Shown here: positions 14,856 to 31,955 of the stretch, piece after piece
Position numbering within the stretch: the first letter of the stretch is position 1
Layout: each line of letters begins with the position of its first letter
Assembly: GCF_009914755.1 (NCBI RefSeq)
Contig: NC_060939.1
Reading direction: 5' to 3' (one strand)
Origin: the human T2T-CHM13v2.0 reference genome, Homo sapiens
Length of the DNA stretch: 64,000 bases
Notes under the pieces: model-generated
The model's input: the letters and a program-made list of their open reading frames with translations, nothing else
Told to the model about the DNA's origin: nothing
Databases searched by the model: none
Position numbers and translations under genes: made by a program

Positions 14856-17800
14856 TAGCCAGGATGGTCTCGATCTCCTGACCTCGTGATCCACCCGCCT
14901 CGGCCTCCCAAAGTGCTGGGATTACAGGCGTGAGCCACAGCTCCCGGCCAAGAAGGCTCTCTTAAAAGGAATCACTTCTTGTTTTCTTACAAGTTATAAC
15001 CTCACTACCCTAGAGTCACATTTTTTAATAACTTACGAATTTTCTGAATCTTCAAATACCCTATGGCCCCATGGTAAAACATCAGATGACATTTGCCTCT
15101 CATTTAAACCATTTTTCTTTTCCTCTTTCTTCTTTATTTTTCTTATACTCTCTCCTCATTTCTTTTTCTCTCTTCCTATTTCTCTTTTTCTCTCTGCTTC
15201 TTCCTACCTCCCCTCGTGACTTTGTCTCCTCATCCCATCACCGTGCTACTTAGATGCCACATCAATTTGACTAGCCTCAAATTTACAATGAATACTTTTT
15301 AAATTCATGCTTCTGAAACTTTTAAAGGATGAAGAGGTATAAATGTCTCAAATAATAATTTGCTTGATGGCTGAAATGAATGGCATTTCTCAAAAAGGCC
15401 AAGGGACTGAATACAGAAATTTAAACAATAATTTTCCGTTAGTGATACGGTTTGGATGTTTTGTCCCCTCCAAATCTCATGTTGAAATGCGACCTCCAGT
15501 GTTGGAGGTGGGCCTAGTAATAGGTGTTTGTTTCCCAAGGGTGGATCCCCATGAATGGTTTTGTGCTGTCCTCCTGGTAATGAGTGAGTTCTTGCTCTAT
15601 GAATTCACGAGAGATCTTGTTGTTTAAAAGAGCCTGGCATCTCCCTTGCTCCCTCTCTCCCCATGTAATATGCCAGCTCCCCCTTTGCCTTAAGCCATGA
15701 TTGTCAGCTTCCCGGGCCTCAGCAGAAGCTGAGCAGATACTGGTGGCCTGTTTGTACAGCCTGCAAACCATCAGCCCAAATACTCCTCTTTTCTTTATAA
15801 ATTACCCAGTCTCAGGTATTCCTTTATAGCATTGAGATGGACTAACATAGTCAGTTTTGACAACATGAACCTTTCATATTAAAATTTAATTTCTAAATTC
15901 ACTCATTTACTGTGATTGGTTTATAGCTTTTCTGTAATAATGAATTTTACGTGTGACTTTCAATGTGCTTTAAAACTTGATTCACTTTTTAGCTCTATTT
16001 TTGGAAACTACCAGCTTCCACTGTTGAGGCAAAAGTGTCATCATTGAGGCTCTCCTGCTGAGGTAGCTGTTGTCTGATTTCCCTTCAGTTCTACTGCTGT
16101 CCCAGTGGAAAAAGGGAATCTTCACCACTTACATGACATGTTTGCCTGAACTCTAATCTTCCACACTTGCTGTAGAAAAGAGTAAAGTGGCAGTTCAGGG
16201 CAGTTTACCAATTTAGAAACGGTGTCCGCTCAGTATTTTCCTCTGTGTCACTTACTAAAACATATAAAGAAACCATGGACATTAAAAGAAAGAGAGAGGT
16301 TTAATGTGATATTTTAATTCTAACAAGGATTTATGGGCACGTGAATGCTCAAAATCACATACTCCCTTAGTGTTTTTCATCTCACACATATCACATCAGA
16401 CACATATCACACACATCAGGCACATATCACACAGAACTTGCCATAATTAAATTATCAGTTTTTGAAAAATATTATCATTTGCTCTCTTTTTTTCTATATA
16501 AATAAATTTTTTTAAAATATGATTTTCAGTTCTGGGATACATGCAAGGAACATGCAGGTTTGTTATATAGGTATACATGTGCCATATAGGTGGTTTCTTA
16601 TTTGTGCTTTCATCTTATGGCTTTGGCTAGAACTAGATAATAAAAGTATGCATCAATTTAAGAGTTATTTTTAATCATGGTAAGGACATATCTATAACTA
16701 CTTTGTTAAATTTCATCAGTCATGCATGTTAAATATCATTAAATAAATATCAAAAATGGGCTGCTGTACCAGAATACCATAGACTTGGTGGCTTATAAAC
16801 AACAGAAAGGAATTTCTCACAGTTCTGGGGTCTGGGAAATCTAAGACCAAGGTACTAGCCAATCTGGTGTCTGGGAAAAACTTTTGTTCTAGTTCAAAGA
16901 AGGCTGCCCTTTCTCTATAACCTCAGTTGGGGAAGGAGCAAGGGAGTTCAGGGGGCTGCTTTAGAAGGGTGCTAAACCCATTAATGAGGGCTGCTCTCTC
17001 ATGACTTAATTAGTTCCCAAAAGCCCCACCTTCAAAAACCCTCACATTGGCGGTTAGCATTTCAACATATGAATTTGAGAGGGATGTAAACATTTAGTCT
17101 GTAGCAGTAAATGTACAATATAAAGTAAATAGCTTTATTGTTGTGTTGCATTATATTAATATATATTTTCTAGTATTAAATCTTTGTATGCCAAATCACT
17201 GGGGTGGGTGATTTCTTAGTAAGTGTAGAATTCAGTTCCTTTTTCTTTCAGTTAAGAATATTTTAACTATGTTTATAAGGGATACTGTTTAGTAATTTTA
17301 TTCTTTTTGTATTCACTTCATCAAGAGTTAGTAATAGTTATATTTGCTTTGTAAAATGAACTGAAAGGAAGCCACTTTTTATAACTTTATCCATATTTCC
17401 TAGTTTGGGGTCCATTTTACAAGATGTTTTAAACAGATGCTTATTAAAAACACCGGTTATAGGGACTTTAATAAAAATTTTTAAAATAATGTTTTACATT
17501 TCTTGCAAAAATTGATGCCTGCAACCTATTTACTGTTTTTAAAATTAAATTAAGATTCATTTAAGCAGTACATGTTTATTTTAGTGAAACACGTATTTAA
17601 TTTTCTAAGATAGTATTTTTTGTCTTTAAAACAATTTCTGCATGTTTTGTTTTTTTTTCACTTTAAATTTTATGTTTTCTCAGTTTTTGTTTTATCACAT
17701 TTGCTATATTTTTCTGTATCATGGGTTATTTGTTAAAGAATGAACTTGTGTATGTTTATAAATTGTTACTGTTTTTGTTTATAATTTATTGCCTTCTAAC

Positions 17801-19854
17801 TTAATATGTAATTAGCATTCCTTTTAATTTTGCTTGTATGCTTTGCTGTACCATTTTGAAATTCTTGAGTTAAATGCTTAACTATTTTTTATCAAGTTTA
17901 AATATTAAATTAAATATGTCCCATCAGTTTAGTCATTTTAATATTCTCACTCATCAGACATTTTTTGGGAACACCATATGCCTTTTCATGCAGTCAGTTT
18001 CAAGAAAATGAAAATTACTTTTTATATGTTTATACTCAAAGCTTGGCTAGAGATAAGTCTCCCCTTCCTTAAGTTGGGGAGAGAGTGATTTCTTCCAGGC
18101 TATAATCAAAAGAGATACAATTATAGTAACTTTTTGTGTTTGTTTGGGTTGTTTCTGTTTGTTTGTTTGTTTGTTTGTTTGAGACGGAGGTTGGATCTTG
18201 TTGCCCAGGCTGGAGTGTAGTGGCATAATCTCAGCTCACTGCAACCTCCGCCTCCTGGGTTCAAGCAATTCTAAACATATTTTAGCACAAAACTATTTAA
18301 GATTTCAATTTATATCTTTTTATTATCTTCCATATACTCTTTTGATACATTACCCATTATGTTGATTATTAACGTACACTCAAGTCAAGATCTTTTATTA
18401 TGTGAGGTCATCAGTCAATGATAACAGATATTGATGAATTAGTCTCCTCATCAGAAATTGAGCAACATTTTCATTCAAGACGACACATGGGCCTTTAAAG
18501 CATATTCAATAATACTGAGTCTCAGTGTTCTCCTGCTATTTTCTGAATGTGCATTTAGACCTTTATACATCTATCTATCTACTGACCCATTTATTAAATT
18601 TTCAGCATTTACTTTGTACTCCAAGGACCAGAACCATGTTTGTCTTGTTCACTGCTGTACTCCTATTGCAAGGACCTAGAACATAGTAGGAGCTCATTAA
18701 ACTCTGAGGTTTCAAAATAAGTGAATAGAGGTTGTAGCAGGAAGAAGTCTAAGATAGCCCCTATGACCTTCATTTCCTCATGTTACCCTGTTGATACCTC
18801 ACACGGCAAAGGAGTCTTGCACATGTCACTAAGGCTAATAATCCGTCAGCCTTAAGACGGGGGGAGTATCTGGGTAAACCTAACCTAATCACACCAAAAC
18901 TTCACAATCAGGGAGTTTTCTACAACTGAGAGTAGAATGGGAAGTCAGAGAGTTTCAGAGTCCAAGAAGCATTTATAGCACCCTTATTGACTTTGAAGAT
19001 GCTTTGCTTCTTCTTTTGAGTTCAGTTTGAGATTATCTTTCTAATAATTGATTAGATTTTATTCTTGTAAAAAAAGAGATAATTTAAAGGAATCTATTTT
19101 TAAATACTCTGAGGAGGGTGATACTAGGGGTGCTGGTTGTCCTGTTTTAACTTTGTCTTAATTTCTAATGTAATTAAATTTTGAGTAGGTAATGTGACCT
19201 GTGTGGTTTTTATTTTAAAAAATATATTGAGGTTTTATATAATCTATTTTTAAAATATTCAATGGAAACTTGAAAACATACTGTTTCACATATTCTCGTA
19301 TATATATATTAAAAATCTTTTTTTATTTATTTTTTATTTTTATTTTTTTTTGAGACGGAGTCTCGCTCTGTCGCCCAGGCTGGAGTGCAGTGGCGCCATC
19401 TGGGCTCACTGCAAGCTCCGCCTCCTGGGTTCACGCCATTCTCCTGCCTCAGCCTCCCGAATAGCTGGGACTGCAGGCACCCACCACCACGCCCAGCTAC
19501 TTTTTTGTATTTTTAGTGGAGACAGAGTTTCACCGTGTTAGCCAGGATGGTCTCGATTTCCTGACCTCGTGATCCGCCCGCCTCAGCCTCCCAAAGTGCT
19601 GGGATTACAGGCGTGAGCCACTTAGCCCGGCCTAATTATTTGTTTTTTAAAAGACGGTACATAGGAAGAAGTAAATCAGGAAAAGTGGATAGTGATTGGT
19701 GGCAGTAGAAGTGAGTCAGTGTTACAGTTACTATTGCTGCTTAAGAAACTAACCCAAATGGCCTGGGCGCCGTGGCTCACGCCTGTAATCCCAGCAGTTT
19801 GGGAGGCTGAGACGGGCGGATCATGAGTTCAGGAGATCGAGACCATCCTGCCTA

Positions 19855-20087
<233 letters not shown>

Positions 20088-20346
20088 CTAAATTTAATAA
20101 GGTAAAACAACGACCACTTCATTATATCTCATGGATCCTATAGGTGAGAAATTCCAGCAGGATTCATCTGAGTGATTCTTCCTCTCTCACATCATTAACT
20201 AGGGTGACTCAGTGCTAGTCGGCTGGCAAACAAGTCAGTCTGGAAGGTGCAAGGTGCTTTTTTTCTGTCTTATAAATTGGTGGAGTTGTCTGGAAGGCAA
20301 GGCTCAGATGGGAAGGACTCTTAGTTATAGTGCCTGCACAGGGTAA

Positions 20347-20555
<209 letters not shown>

Positions 20556-23500
20556 TAGCCAGGATGGTCTCGATCTCCTGACCTCGTGATCCACCCGCCT
20601 CGGCCTCCCAAAGTGCTGGGATTACAGGCGTGAGCCACAGCTCCCGGCCAAGAAGGCTCTCTTAAAAGGAATCACTTCTTGTTTTCTTACAAGTTATAAC
20701 CTCACTACCCTAGAGTCACATTTTTTAATAACTTACGAATTTTCTGAATCTTCAAATACCCTATGGCCCCATGGTAAAACATCAGATGACATTTGCCTCT
20801 CATTTAAACCATTTTTCTTTTCCTCTTTCTTCTTTATTTTTCTTATACTCTCTCCTCATTTCTTTTTCTCTCTTCCTATTTCTCTTTTTCTCTCTGCTTC
20901 TTCCTACCTTCCCTCGTGACTTTGTCTCCTCATCCCATCACCGTGCTACTTAGATGCCACATCAATTTGACTAGCCTCAAATTTACAATGAATACTTTTT
21001 AAATTCATGCTTCTGAAACTTTTAAAGGATGAAGAGGTATAAATGTCTCAAATAATAATTTGCTTGATGGCTGAAATGAATGGCATTTCTCAAAAAGGCC
21101 AAGGGACTGAATACAGAAATTTAAACAATAATTTTCCGTTAGTGATACGGTTTGGATGTTTTGTCCCCTCCAAATCTCATGTTGAAATGCGACCTCCAGT
21201 GTTGGAGGTGGGCCTAGTAATAGGTGTTTGTTTCCCAAGGGTGGATCCCCATGAATGGTTTTGTGCTGTCCTCCTGGTAATGAGTGAGTTCTTGCTCTAT
21301 GAATTCACGAGAGATCTTGTTGTTTAAAAGAGCCTGGCATCTCCCTTGCTCCCTCTCTCCCCATGTAATATGCCAGCTCCCCCTTTGCCTTAAGCCATGA
21401 TTGTCAGCTTCCCGGGCCTCAGCAGAAGCTGAGCAGATACTGGTGGCCTGTTTGTACAGCCTGCAAACCATCAGCCCAAATACTCCTCTTTTCTTTATAA
21501 ATTACCCAGTCTCAGGTATTCCTTTATAGCATTGAGATGGACTAACATAGTCAGTTTTGACAACATGAACCTTTCATATTAAAATTTAATTTCTAAATTC
21601 ACTCATTTACTGTGATTGGTTTATAGCTTTTCTGTAATAATGAATTTTACGTGTGACTTTCAATGTGCTTTAAAACTTGATTCACTTTTTAGCTCTATTT
21701 TTGGAAACTACCAGCTTCCACTGTTGAGGCAAAAGTGTCATCATTGAGGCTCTCCTGCTGAGGTAGCTGTTGTCTGATTTCCCTTCAGTTCTACTGCTGT
21801 CCCAGTGGAAAAAGGGAATCTTCACCACTTACATGACATGTTTGCCTGAACTCTAATCTTCCACACTTGCTGTAGAAAAGAGTAAAGTGGCAGTTCAGGG
21901 CAGTTTACCAATTTAGAAACGGTGTCCGCTCAGTATTTTCCTCTGTGTCACTTACTAAAACATATAAAGAAACCATGGACATTAAAAGAAAGAGAGAGGT
22001 TTAATGTGATATTTTAATTCTAACAAGGATTTATGGGCACGTGAATGCTCAAAATCACATACTCCCTTAGTGTTTTTCATCTCACACATATCACATCAGA
22101 CACATATCACACACATCAGGCACATATCACACAGAACTTGCCATAATTAAATTATCAGTTTTTGAAAAATATTATCATTTGCTCTCTTTTTTTCTATATA
22201 AATAAATTTTTTTAAAATATGATTTTCAGTTCTGGGATACATGCAAGGAACATGCAGGTTTGTTATATAGGTATACATGTGCCATATAGGTGGTTTCTTA
22301 TTTGTGCTTTCATCTTATGGCTTTGGCTAGAACTAGATAATAAAAGTATGCATCAATTTAAGAGTTATTTTTAATCATGGTAAGGACATATCTATAACTA
22401 CTTTGTTAAATTTCATCAGTCATGCATGTTAAATATCATTAAATAAATATCAAAAATGGGCTGCTGTACCAGAATACCATAGACTTGGTGGCTTATAAAC
22501 AACAGAAAGGAATTTCTCACAGTTCTGGGGTCTGGGAAATCTAAGACCAAGGTACTAGCCAATCTGGTGTCTGGGAAAAACTTTTGTTCTAGTTCAAAGA
22601 AGGCTGCCCTTTCTCTATAACCTCAGTTGGGGAAGGAGCAAGGGAGTTCAGGGGGCTGCTTTAGAAGGGTGCTAAACCCATTAATGAGGGCTGCTCTCTC
22701 ATGACTTAATTAGTTCCCAAAAGCCCCACCTTCAAAAACCCTCACATTGGCGGTTAGCATTTCAACATATGAATTTGAGAGGGATGTAAACATTTAGTCT
22801 GTAGCAGTAAATGTACAATATAAAGTAAATAGCTTTATTGTTGTGTTGCATTATATTAATATATATTTTCTAGTATTAAATCTTTGTATGCCAAATCACT
22901 GGGGTGGGTGATTTCTTAGTAAGTGTAGAATTCAGTTCCTTTTTCTTTCAGTTAAGAATATTTTAACTATGTTTATAAGGGATACTGTTTAGTAATTTTA
23001 TTCTTTTTGTATTCACTTCATCAAGAGTTAGTAATAGTTATATTTGCTTTGTAAAATGAACTGAAAGGAAGCCACTTTTTATAACTTTATCCATATTTCC
23101 TAGTTTGGGGTCCATTTTACAAGATGTTTTAAACAGATGCTTATTAAAAACACCGGTTATAGGGACTTTAATAAAAATTTTTAAAATAATGTTTTACATT
23201 TCTTGCAAAAATTGATGCCTGCAACCTATTTACTGTTTTTAAAATTAAATTAAGATTCATTTAAGCAGTACATGTTTATTTTAGTGAAACACGTATTTAA
23301 TTTTCTAAGATAGTATTTTTTGTCTTTAAAACAATTTCTGCATGTTTTGTTTTTTTTTCACTTTAAATTTTATGTTTTCTCAGTTTTTGTTTTATCACAT
23401 TTGCTATATTTTTCTGTATCATGGGTTATTTGTTAAAGAATGAACTTGTGTATGTTTATAAATTGTTACTGTTTTTGTTTATAATTTATTGCCTTCTAAC

Positions 23501-25012
23501 TTAATATGTAATTAGCATTCCTTTTAATTTTGCTTGTATGCTTTGCTGTACCATTTTGAAATTCTTGAGTTAAATGCTTAACTATTTTTTATCAAGTTTA
23601 AATATTAAATTAAATATGTCCCATCAGTTTAGTCATTTTAATATTCTCACTCATCAGACATTTTTTGGGAACACCATATGCCTTTTCATGCAGTCAGTTT
23701 CAAGAAAATGAAAATTACTTTTTATATGTTTATACTCAAAGCTTGGCTAGAGATAAGTCTCCCCTTCCTTAAGTTGGGGAGAGAGTGATTTCTTCCAGGC
23801 TATAATCAAAAGAGATACAATTATAGTAACTTTTTGTGTTTGTTTGGGTTGTTTCTGTTTGTTTGTTTGTTTGTTTGTTTGAGACGGAGGTTGGATCTTG
23901 TTGCCCAGGCTGGAGTGTAGTGGCATAATCTCAGCTCACTGCAACCTCCGCCTCCTGGGTTCAAGCAATTCTAAACATATTTTAGCACAAAACTATTTAA
24001 GATTTCAATTTATATCTTTTTATTATCTTCCATATACTCTTTTGATACATTACCCATTATGTTGATTATTAACGTACACTCAAGTCAAGATCTTTTATTA
24101 TGTGAGGTCATCAGTCAATGATAACAGATATTGATGAATTAGTCTCCTCATCAGAAATTGAGCAACATTTTCATTCAAGACGACACATGGGCCTTTAAAG
24201 CATATTCAATAATACTGAGTCTCAGTGTTCTCCTGCTATTTTCTGAATGTGCATTTAGACCTTTATACATCTATCTATCTACTGACCCATTTATTAAATT
24301 TTCAGCATTTACTTTGTACTCCAAGGACCAGAACCATGTTTGTCTTGTTCACTGCTGTACTCCTATTGCAAGGACCTAGAACATAGTAGGAGCTCATTAA
24401 ACTCTGAGGTTTCAAAATAAGTGAATAGAGGTTGTAGCAGGAAGAAGTCTAAGATAGCCCCTATGACCTTCATTTCCTCATGTTACCCTGTTGATACCTC
24501 ACACGGCAAAGGAGTCTTGCACATGTCACTAAGGCTAATAATCCGTCAGCCTTAAGACGGGGGGAGTATCTGGGTAAACCTAACCTAATCACACCAAAAC
24601 TTCACAATCAGGGAGTTTTCTACAACTGAGAGTAGAATGGGAAGTCAGAGAGTTTCAGAGTCCAAGAAGCATTTATAGCACCCTTATTGACTTTGAAGAT
24701 GCTTTGCTTCTTCTTTTGAGTTCAGTTTGAGATTATCTTTCTAATAATTGATTAGATTTTATTCTTGTAAAAAAAGAGATAATTTAAAGGAATCTATTTT
24801 TAAATACTCTGAGGAGGGTGATACTAGGGGTGCTGGTTGTCCTGTTTTAACTTTGTCTTAATTTCTAATGTAATTAAATTTTGAGTAGGTAATGTGACCT
24901 GTGTGGTTTTTATTTTAAAAAATATATTGAGGTTTTATATAATCTATTTTTAAAATATTCAATGGAAACTTGAAAACATACTGTTTCACATATTCTCGTA
25001 TATATATATTAA

Positions 25013-25213
<201 letters not shown>

Positions 25214-25554
25214 TAGTGGAGACAGAGTTTCACCGTGTTAGCCAGGATGGTCTCGATTTCCTGACCTCGTGATCCGCCCGCCTCAGCCTCCCAAAGTGCT
25301 GGGATTACAGGCGTGAGCCACTTAGCCCGGCCTAATTATTTGTTTTTTAAAAGACGGTACATAGGAAGAAGTAAATCAGGAAAAGTGGATAGTGATTGGT
25401 GGCAGTAGAAGTGAGTCAGTGTTACAGTTACTATTGCTGCTTAAGAAACTAACCCAAATGGCCTGGGCGCCGTGGCTCACGCCTGTAATCCCAGCAGTTT
25501 GGGAGGCTGAGACGGGCGGATCATGAGTTCAGGAGATCGAGACCATCCTGCCTA

Positions 25555-25787
<233 letters not shown>

Positions 25788-26046
25788 CTAAATTTAATAA
25801 GGTAAAACAACGACCACTTCATTATATCTCATGGATCCTATAGGTGAGAAATTCCAGCAGGATTCATCTGAGTGATTCTTCCTCTCTCACATCATTAACT
25901 AGGGTGACTCAGTGCTAGTCGGCTGGCAAACAAGTCAGTCTGGAAGGTGCAAGGTGCTTTTTTTCTGTCTTATAAATTGGTGGAGTTGTCTGGAAGGCAA
26001 GGCTCAGATGGGAAGGACTCTTAGTTATAGTGCCTGCACAGGGTAA

Positions 26047-26255
<209 letters not shown>

Positions 26256-29200
26256 TAGCCAGGATGGTCTCGATCTCCTGACCTCGTGATCCACCCGCCT
26301 CGGCCTCCCAAAGTGCTGGGATTACAGGCGTGAGCCACAGCTCCCGGCCAAGAAGGCTCTCTTAAAAGGAATCACTTCTTGTTTTCTTACAAGTTATAAC
26401 CTCACTACCCTAGAGTCACATTTTTTAATAACTTACGAATTTTCTGAATCTTCAAATACCCTATGGCCCCATGGTAAAACATCAGATGACATTTGCCTCT
26501 CATTTAAACCATTTTTCTTTTCCTCTTTCTTCTTTATTTTTCTTATACTCTCTCCTCATTTCTTTTTCTCTCTTCCTATTTCTCTTTTTCTCTCTGCTTC
26601 TTCCTACCTTCCCTCGTGACTTTGTCTCCTCATCCCATCACCGTGCTACTTAGATGCCACATCAATTTGACTAGCCTCAAATTTACAATGAATACTTTTT
26701 AAATTCATGCTTCTGAAACTTTTAAAGGATGAAGAGGTATAAATGTCTCAAATAATAATTTGCTTGATGGCTGAAATGAATGGCATTTCTCAAAAAGGCC
26801 AAGGGACTGAATACAGAAATTTAAACAATAATTTTCCGTTAGTGATACGGTTTGGATGTTTTGTCCCCTCCAAATCTCATGTTGAAATGCGACCTCCAGT
26901 GTTGGAGGTGGGCCTAGTAATAGGTGTTTGTTTCCCAAGGGTGGATCCCCATGAATGGTTTTGTGCTGTCCTCCTGGTAATGAGTGAGTTCTTGCTCTAT
27001 GAATTCACGAGAGATCTTGTTGTTTAAAAGAGCCTGGCATCTCCCTTGCTCCCTCTCTCCCCATGTAATATGCCAGCTCCCCCTTTGCCTTAAGCCATGA
27101 TTGTCAGCTTCCCGGGCCTCAGCAGAAGCTGAGCAGATACTGGTGGCCTGTTTGTACAGCCTGCAAACCATCAGCCCAAATACTCCTCTTTTCTTTATAA
27201 ATTACCCAGTCTCAGGTATTCCTTTATAGCATTGAGATGGACTAACATAGTCAGTTTTGACAACATGAACCTTTCATATTAAAATTTAATTTCTAAATTC
27301 ACTCATTTACTGTGATTGGTTTATAGCTTTTCTGTAATAATGAATTTTACGTGTGACTTTCAATGTGCTTTAAAACTTGATTCACTTTTTAGCTCTATTT
27401 TTGGAAACTACCAGCTTCCACTGTTGAGGCAAAAGTGTCATCATTGAGGCTCTCCTGCTGAGGTAGCTGTTGTCTGATTTCCCTTCAGTTCTACTGCTGT
27501 CCCAGTGGAAAAAGGGAATCTTCACCACTTACATGACATGTTTGCCTGAACTCTAATCTTCCACACTTGCTGTAGAAAAGAGTAAAGTGGCAGTTCAGGG
27601 CAGTTTACCAATTTAGAAACGGTGTCCGCTCAGTATTTTCCTCTGTGTCACTTACTAAAACATATAAAGAAACCATGGACATTAAAAGAAAGAGAGAGGT
27701 TTAATGTGATATTTTAATTCTAACAAGGATTTATGGGCACGTGAATGCTCAAAATCACATACTCCCTTAGTGTTTTTCATCTCACACATATCACATCAGA
27801 CACATATCACACACATCAGGCACATATCACACAGAACTTGCCATAATTAAATTATCAGTTTTTGAAAAATATTATCATTTGCTCTCTTTTTTTCTATATA
27901 AATAAATTTTTTTAAAATATGATTTTCAGTTCTGGGATACATGCAAGGAACATGCAGGTTTGTTATATAGGTATACATGTGCCATATAGGTGGTTTCTTA
28001 TTTGTGCTTTCATCTTATGGCTTTGGCTAGAACTAGATAATAAAAGTATGCATCAATTTAAGAGTTATTTTTAATCATGGTAAGGACATATCTATAACTA
28101 CTTTGTTAAATTTCATCAGTCATGCATGTTAAATATCATTAAATAAATATCAAAAATGGGCTGCTGTACCAGAATACCATAGACTTGGTGGCTTATAAAC
28201 AACAGAAAGGAATTTCTCACAGTTCTGGGGTCTGGGAAATCTAAGACCAAGGTACTAGCCAATCTGGTGTCTGGGAAAAACTTTTGTTCTAGTTCAAAGA
28301 AGGCTGCCCTTTCTCTATAACCTCAGTTGGGGAAGGAGCAAGGGAGTTCAGGGGGCTGCTTTAGAAGGGTGCTAAACCCATTAATGAGGGCTGCTCTCTC
28401 ATGACTTAATTAGTTCCCAAAAGCCCCACCTTCAAAAACCCTCACATTGGCGGTTAGCATTTCAACATATGAATTTGAGAGGGATGTAAACATTTAGTCT
28501 GTAGCAGTAAATGTACAATATAAAGTAAATAGCTTTATTGTTGTGTTGCATTATATTAATATATATTTTCTAGTATTAAATCTTTGTATGCCAAATCACT
28601 GGGGTGGGTGATTTCTTAGTAAGTGTAGAATTCAGTTCCTTTTTCTTTCAGTTAAGAATATTTTAACTATGTTTATAAGGGATACTGTTTAGTAATTTTA
28701 TTCTTTTTGTATTCACTTCATCAAGAGTTAGTAATAGTTATATTTGCTTTGTAAAATGAACTGAAAGGAAGCCACTTTTTATAACTTTATCCATATTTCC
28801 TAGTTTGGGGTCCATTTTACAAGATGTTTTAAACAGATGCTTATTAAAAACACCGGTTATAGGGACTTTAATAAAAATTTTTAAAATAATGTTTTACATT
28901 TCTTGCAAAAATTGATGCCTGCAACCTATTTACTGTTTTTAAAATTAAATTAAGATTCATTTAAGCAGTACATGTTTATTTTAGTGAAACACGTATTTAA
29001 TTTTCTAAGATAGTATTTTTTGTCTTTAAAACAATTTCTGCATGTTTTGTTTTTTTTTCACTTTAAATTTTATGTTTTCTCAGTTTTTGTTTTATCACAT
29101 TTGCTATATTTTTCTGTATCATGGGTTATTTGTTAAAGAATGAACTTGTGTATGTTTATAAATTGTTACTGTTTTTGTTTATAATTTATTGCCTTCTAAC

Positions 29201-31254
29201 TTAATATGTAATTAGCATTCCTTTTAATTTTGCTTGTATGCTTTGCTGTACCATTTTGAAATTCTTGAGTTAAATGCTTAACTATTTTTTATCAAGTTTA
29301 AATATTAAATTAAATATGTCCCATCAGTTTAGTCATTTTAATATTCTCACTCATCAGACATTTTTTGGGAACACCATATGCCTTTTCATGCAGTCAGTTT
29401 CAAGAAAATGAAAATTACTTTTTATATGTTTATACTCAAAGCTTGGCTAGAGATAAGTCTCCCCTTCCTTAAGTTGGGGAGAGAGTGATTTCTTCCAGGC
29501 TATAATCAAAAGAGATACAATTATAGTAACTTTTTGTGTTTGTTTGGGTTGTTTCTGTTTGTTTGTTTGTTTGTTTGTTTGAGACGGAGGTTGGATCTTG
29601 TTGCCCAGGCTGGAGTGTAGTGGCATAATCTCAGCTCACTGCAACCTCCGCCTCCTGGGTTCAAGCAATTCTAAACATATTTTAGCACAAAACTATTTAA
29701 GATTTCAATTTATATCTTTTTATTATCTTCCATATACTCTTTTGATACATTACCCATTATGTTGATTATTAACGTACACTCAAGTCAAGATCTTTTATTA
29801 TGTGAGGTCATCAGTCAATGATAACAGATATTGATGAATTAGTCTCCTCATCAGAAATTGAGCAACATTTTCATTCAAGACGACACATGGGCCTTTAAAG
29901 CATATTCAATAATACTGAGTCTCAGTGTTCTCCTGCTATTTTCTGAATGTGCATTTAGACCTTTATACATCTATCTATCTACTGACCCATTTATTAAATT
30001 TTCAGCATTTACTTTGTACTCCAAGGACCAGAACCATGTTTGTCTTGTTCACTGCTGTACTCCTATTGCAAGGACCTAGAACATAGTAGGAGCTCATTAA
30101 ACTCTGAGGTTTCAAAATAAGTGAATAGAGGTTGTAGCAGGAAGAAGTCTAAGATAGCCCCTATGACCTTCATTTCCTCATGTTACCCTGTTGATACCTC
30201 ACACGGCAAAGGAGTCTTGCACATGTCACTAAGGCTAATAATCCGTCAGCCTTAAGACGGGGGGAGTATCTGGGTAAACCTAACCTAATCACACCAAAAC
30301 TTCACAATCAGGGAGTTTTCTACAACTGAGAGTAGAATGGGAAGTCAGAGAGTTTCAGAGTCCAAGAAGCATTTATAGCACCCTTATTGACTTTGAAGAT
30401 GCTTTGCTTCTTCTTTTGAGTTCAGTTTGAGATTATCTTTCTAATAATTGATTAGATTTTATTCTTGTAAAAAAAGAGATAATTTAAAGGAATCTATTTT
30501 TAAATACTCTGAGGAGGGTGATACTAGGGGTGCTGGTTGTCCTGTTTTAACTTTGTCTTAATTTCTAATGTAATTAAATTTTGAGTAGGTAATGTGACCT
30601 GTGTGGTTTTTATTTTAAAAAATATATTGAGGTTTTATATAATCTATTTTTAAAATATTCAATGGAAACTTGAAAACATACTGTTTCACATATTCTCGTA
30701 TATATATATTAAAAATCTTTTTTTATTTATTTTTTATTTTTATTTTTTTTTGAGACGGAGTCTCGCTCTGTCGCCCAGGCTGGAGTGCAGTGGCGCCATC
30801 TGGGCTCACTGCAAGCTCCGCCTCCTGGGTTCACGCCATTCTCCTGCCTCAGCCTCCCGAATAGCTGGGACTGCAGGCACCCACCACCACGCCCAGCTAC
30901 TTTTTTGTATTTTTAGTGGAGACAGAGTTTCACCGTGTTAGCCAGGATGGTCTCGATTTCCTGACCTCGTGATCCGCCCGCCTCAGCCTCCCAAAGTGCT
31001 GGGATTACAGGCGTGAGCCACTTAGCCCGGCCTAATTATTTGTTTTTTAAAAGACGGTACATAGGAAGAAGTAAATCAGGAAAAGTGGATAGTGATTGGT
31101 GGCAGTAGAAGTGAGTCAGTGTTACAGTTACTATTGCTGCTTAAGAAACTAACCCAAATGGCCTGGGCGCCGTGGCTCACGCCTGTAATCCCAGCAGTTT
31201 GGGAGGCTGAGACGGGCGGATCATGAGTTCAGGAGATCGAGACCATCCTGCCTA

Positions 31255-31487
<233 letters not shown>

Positions 31488-31746
31488 CTAAATTTAATAA
31501 GGTAAAACAACGACCACTTCATTATATCTCATGGATCCTATAGGTGAGAAATTCCAGCAGGATTCATCTGAGTGATTCTTCCTCTCTCACATCATTAACT
31601 AGGGTGACTCAGTGCTAGTCGGCTGGCAAACAAGTCAGTCTGGAAGGTGCAAGGTGCTTTTTTTCTGTCTTATAAATTGGTGGAGTTGTCTGGAAGGCAA
31701 GGCTCAGATGGGAAGGACTCTTAGTTATAGTGCCTGCACAGGGTAA

Positions 31747-31955
<209 letters not shown>
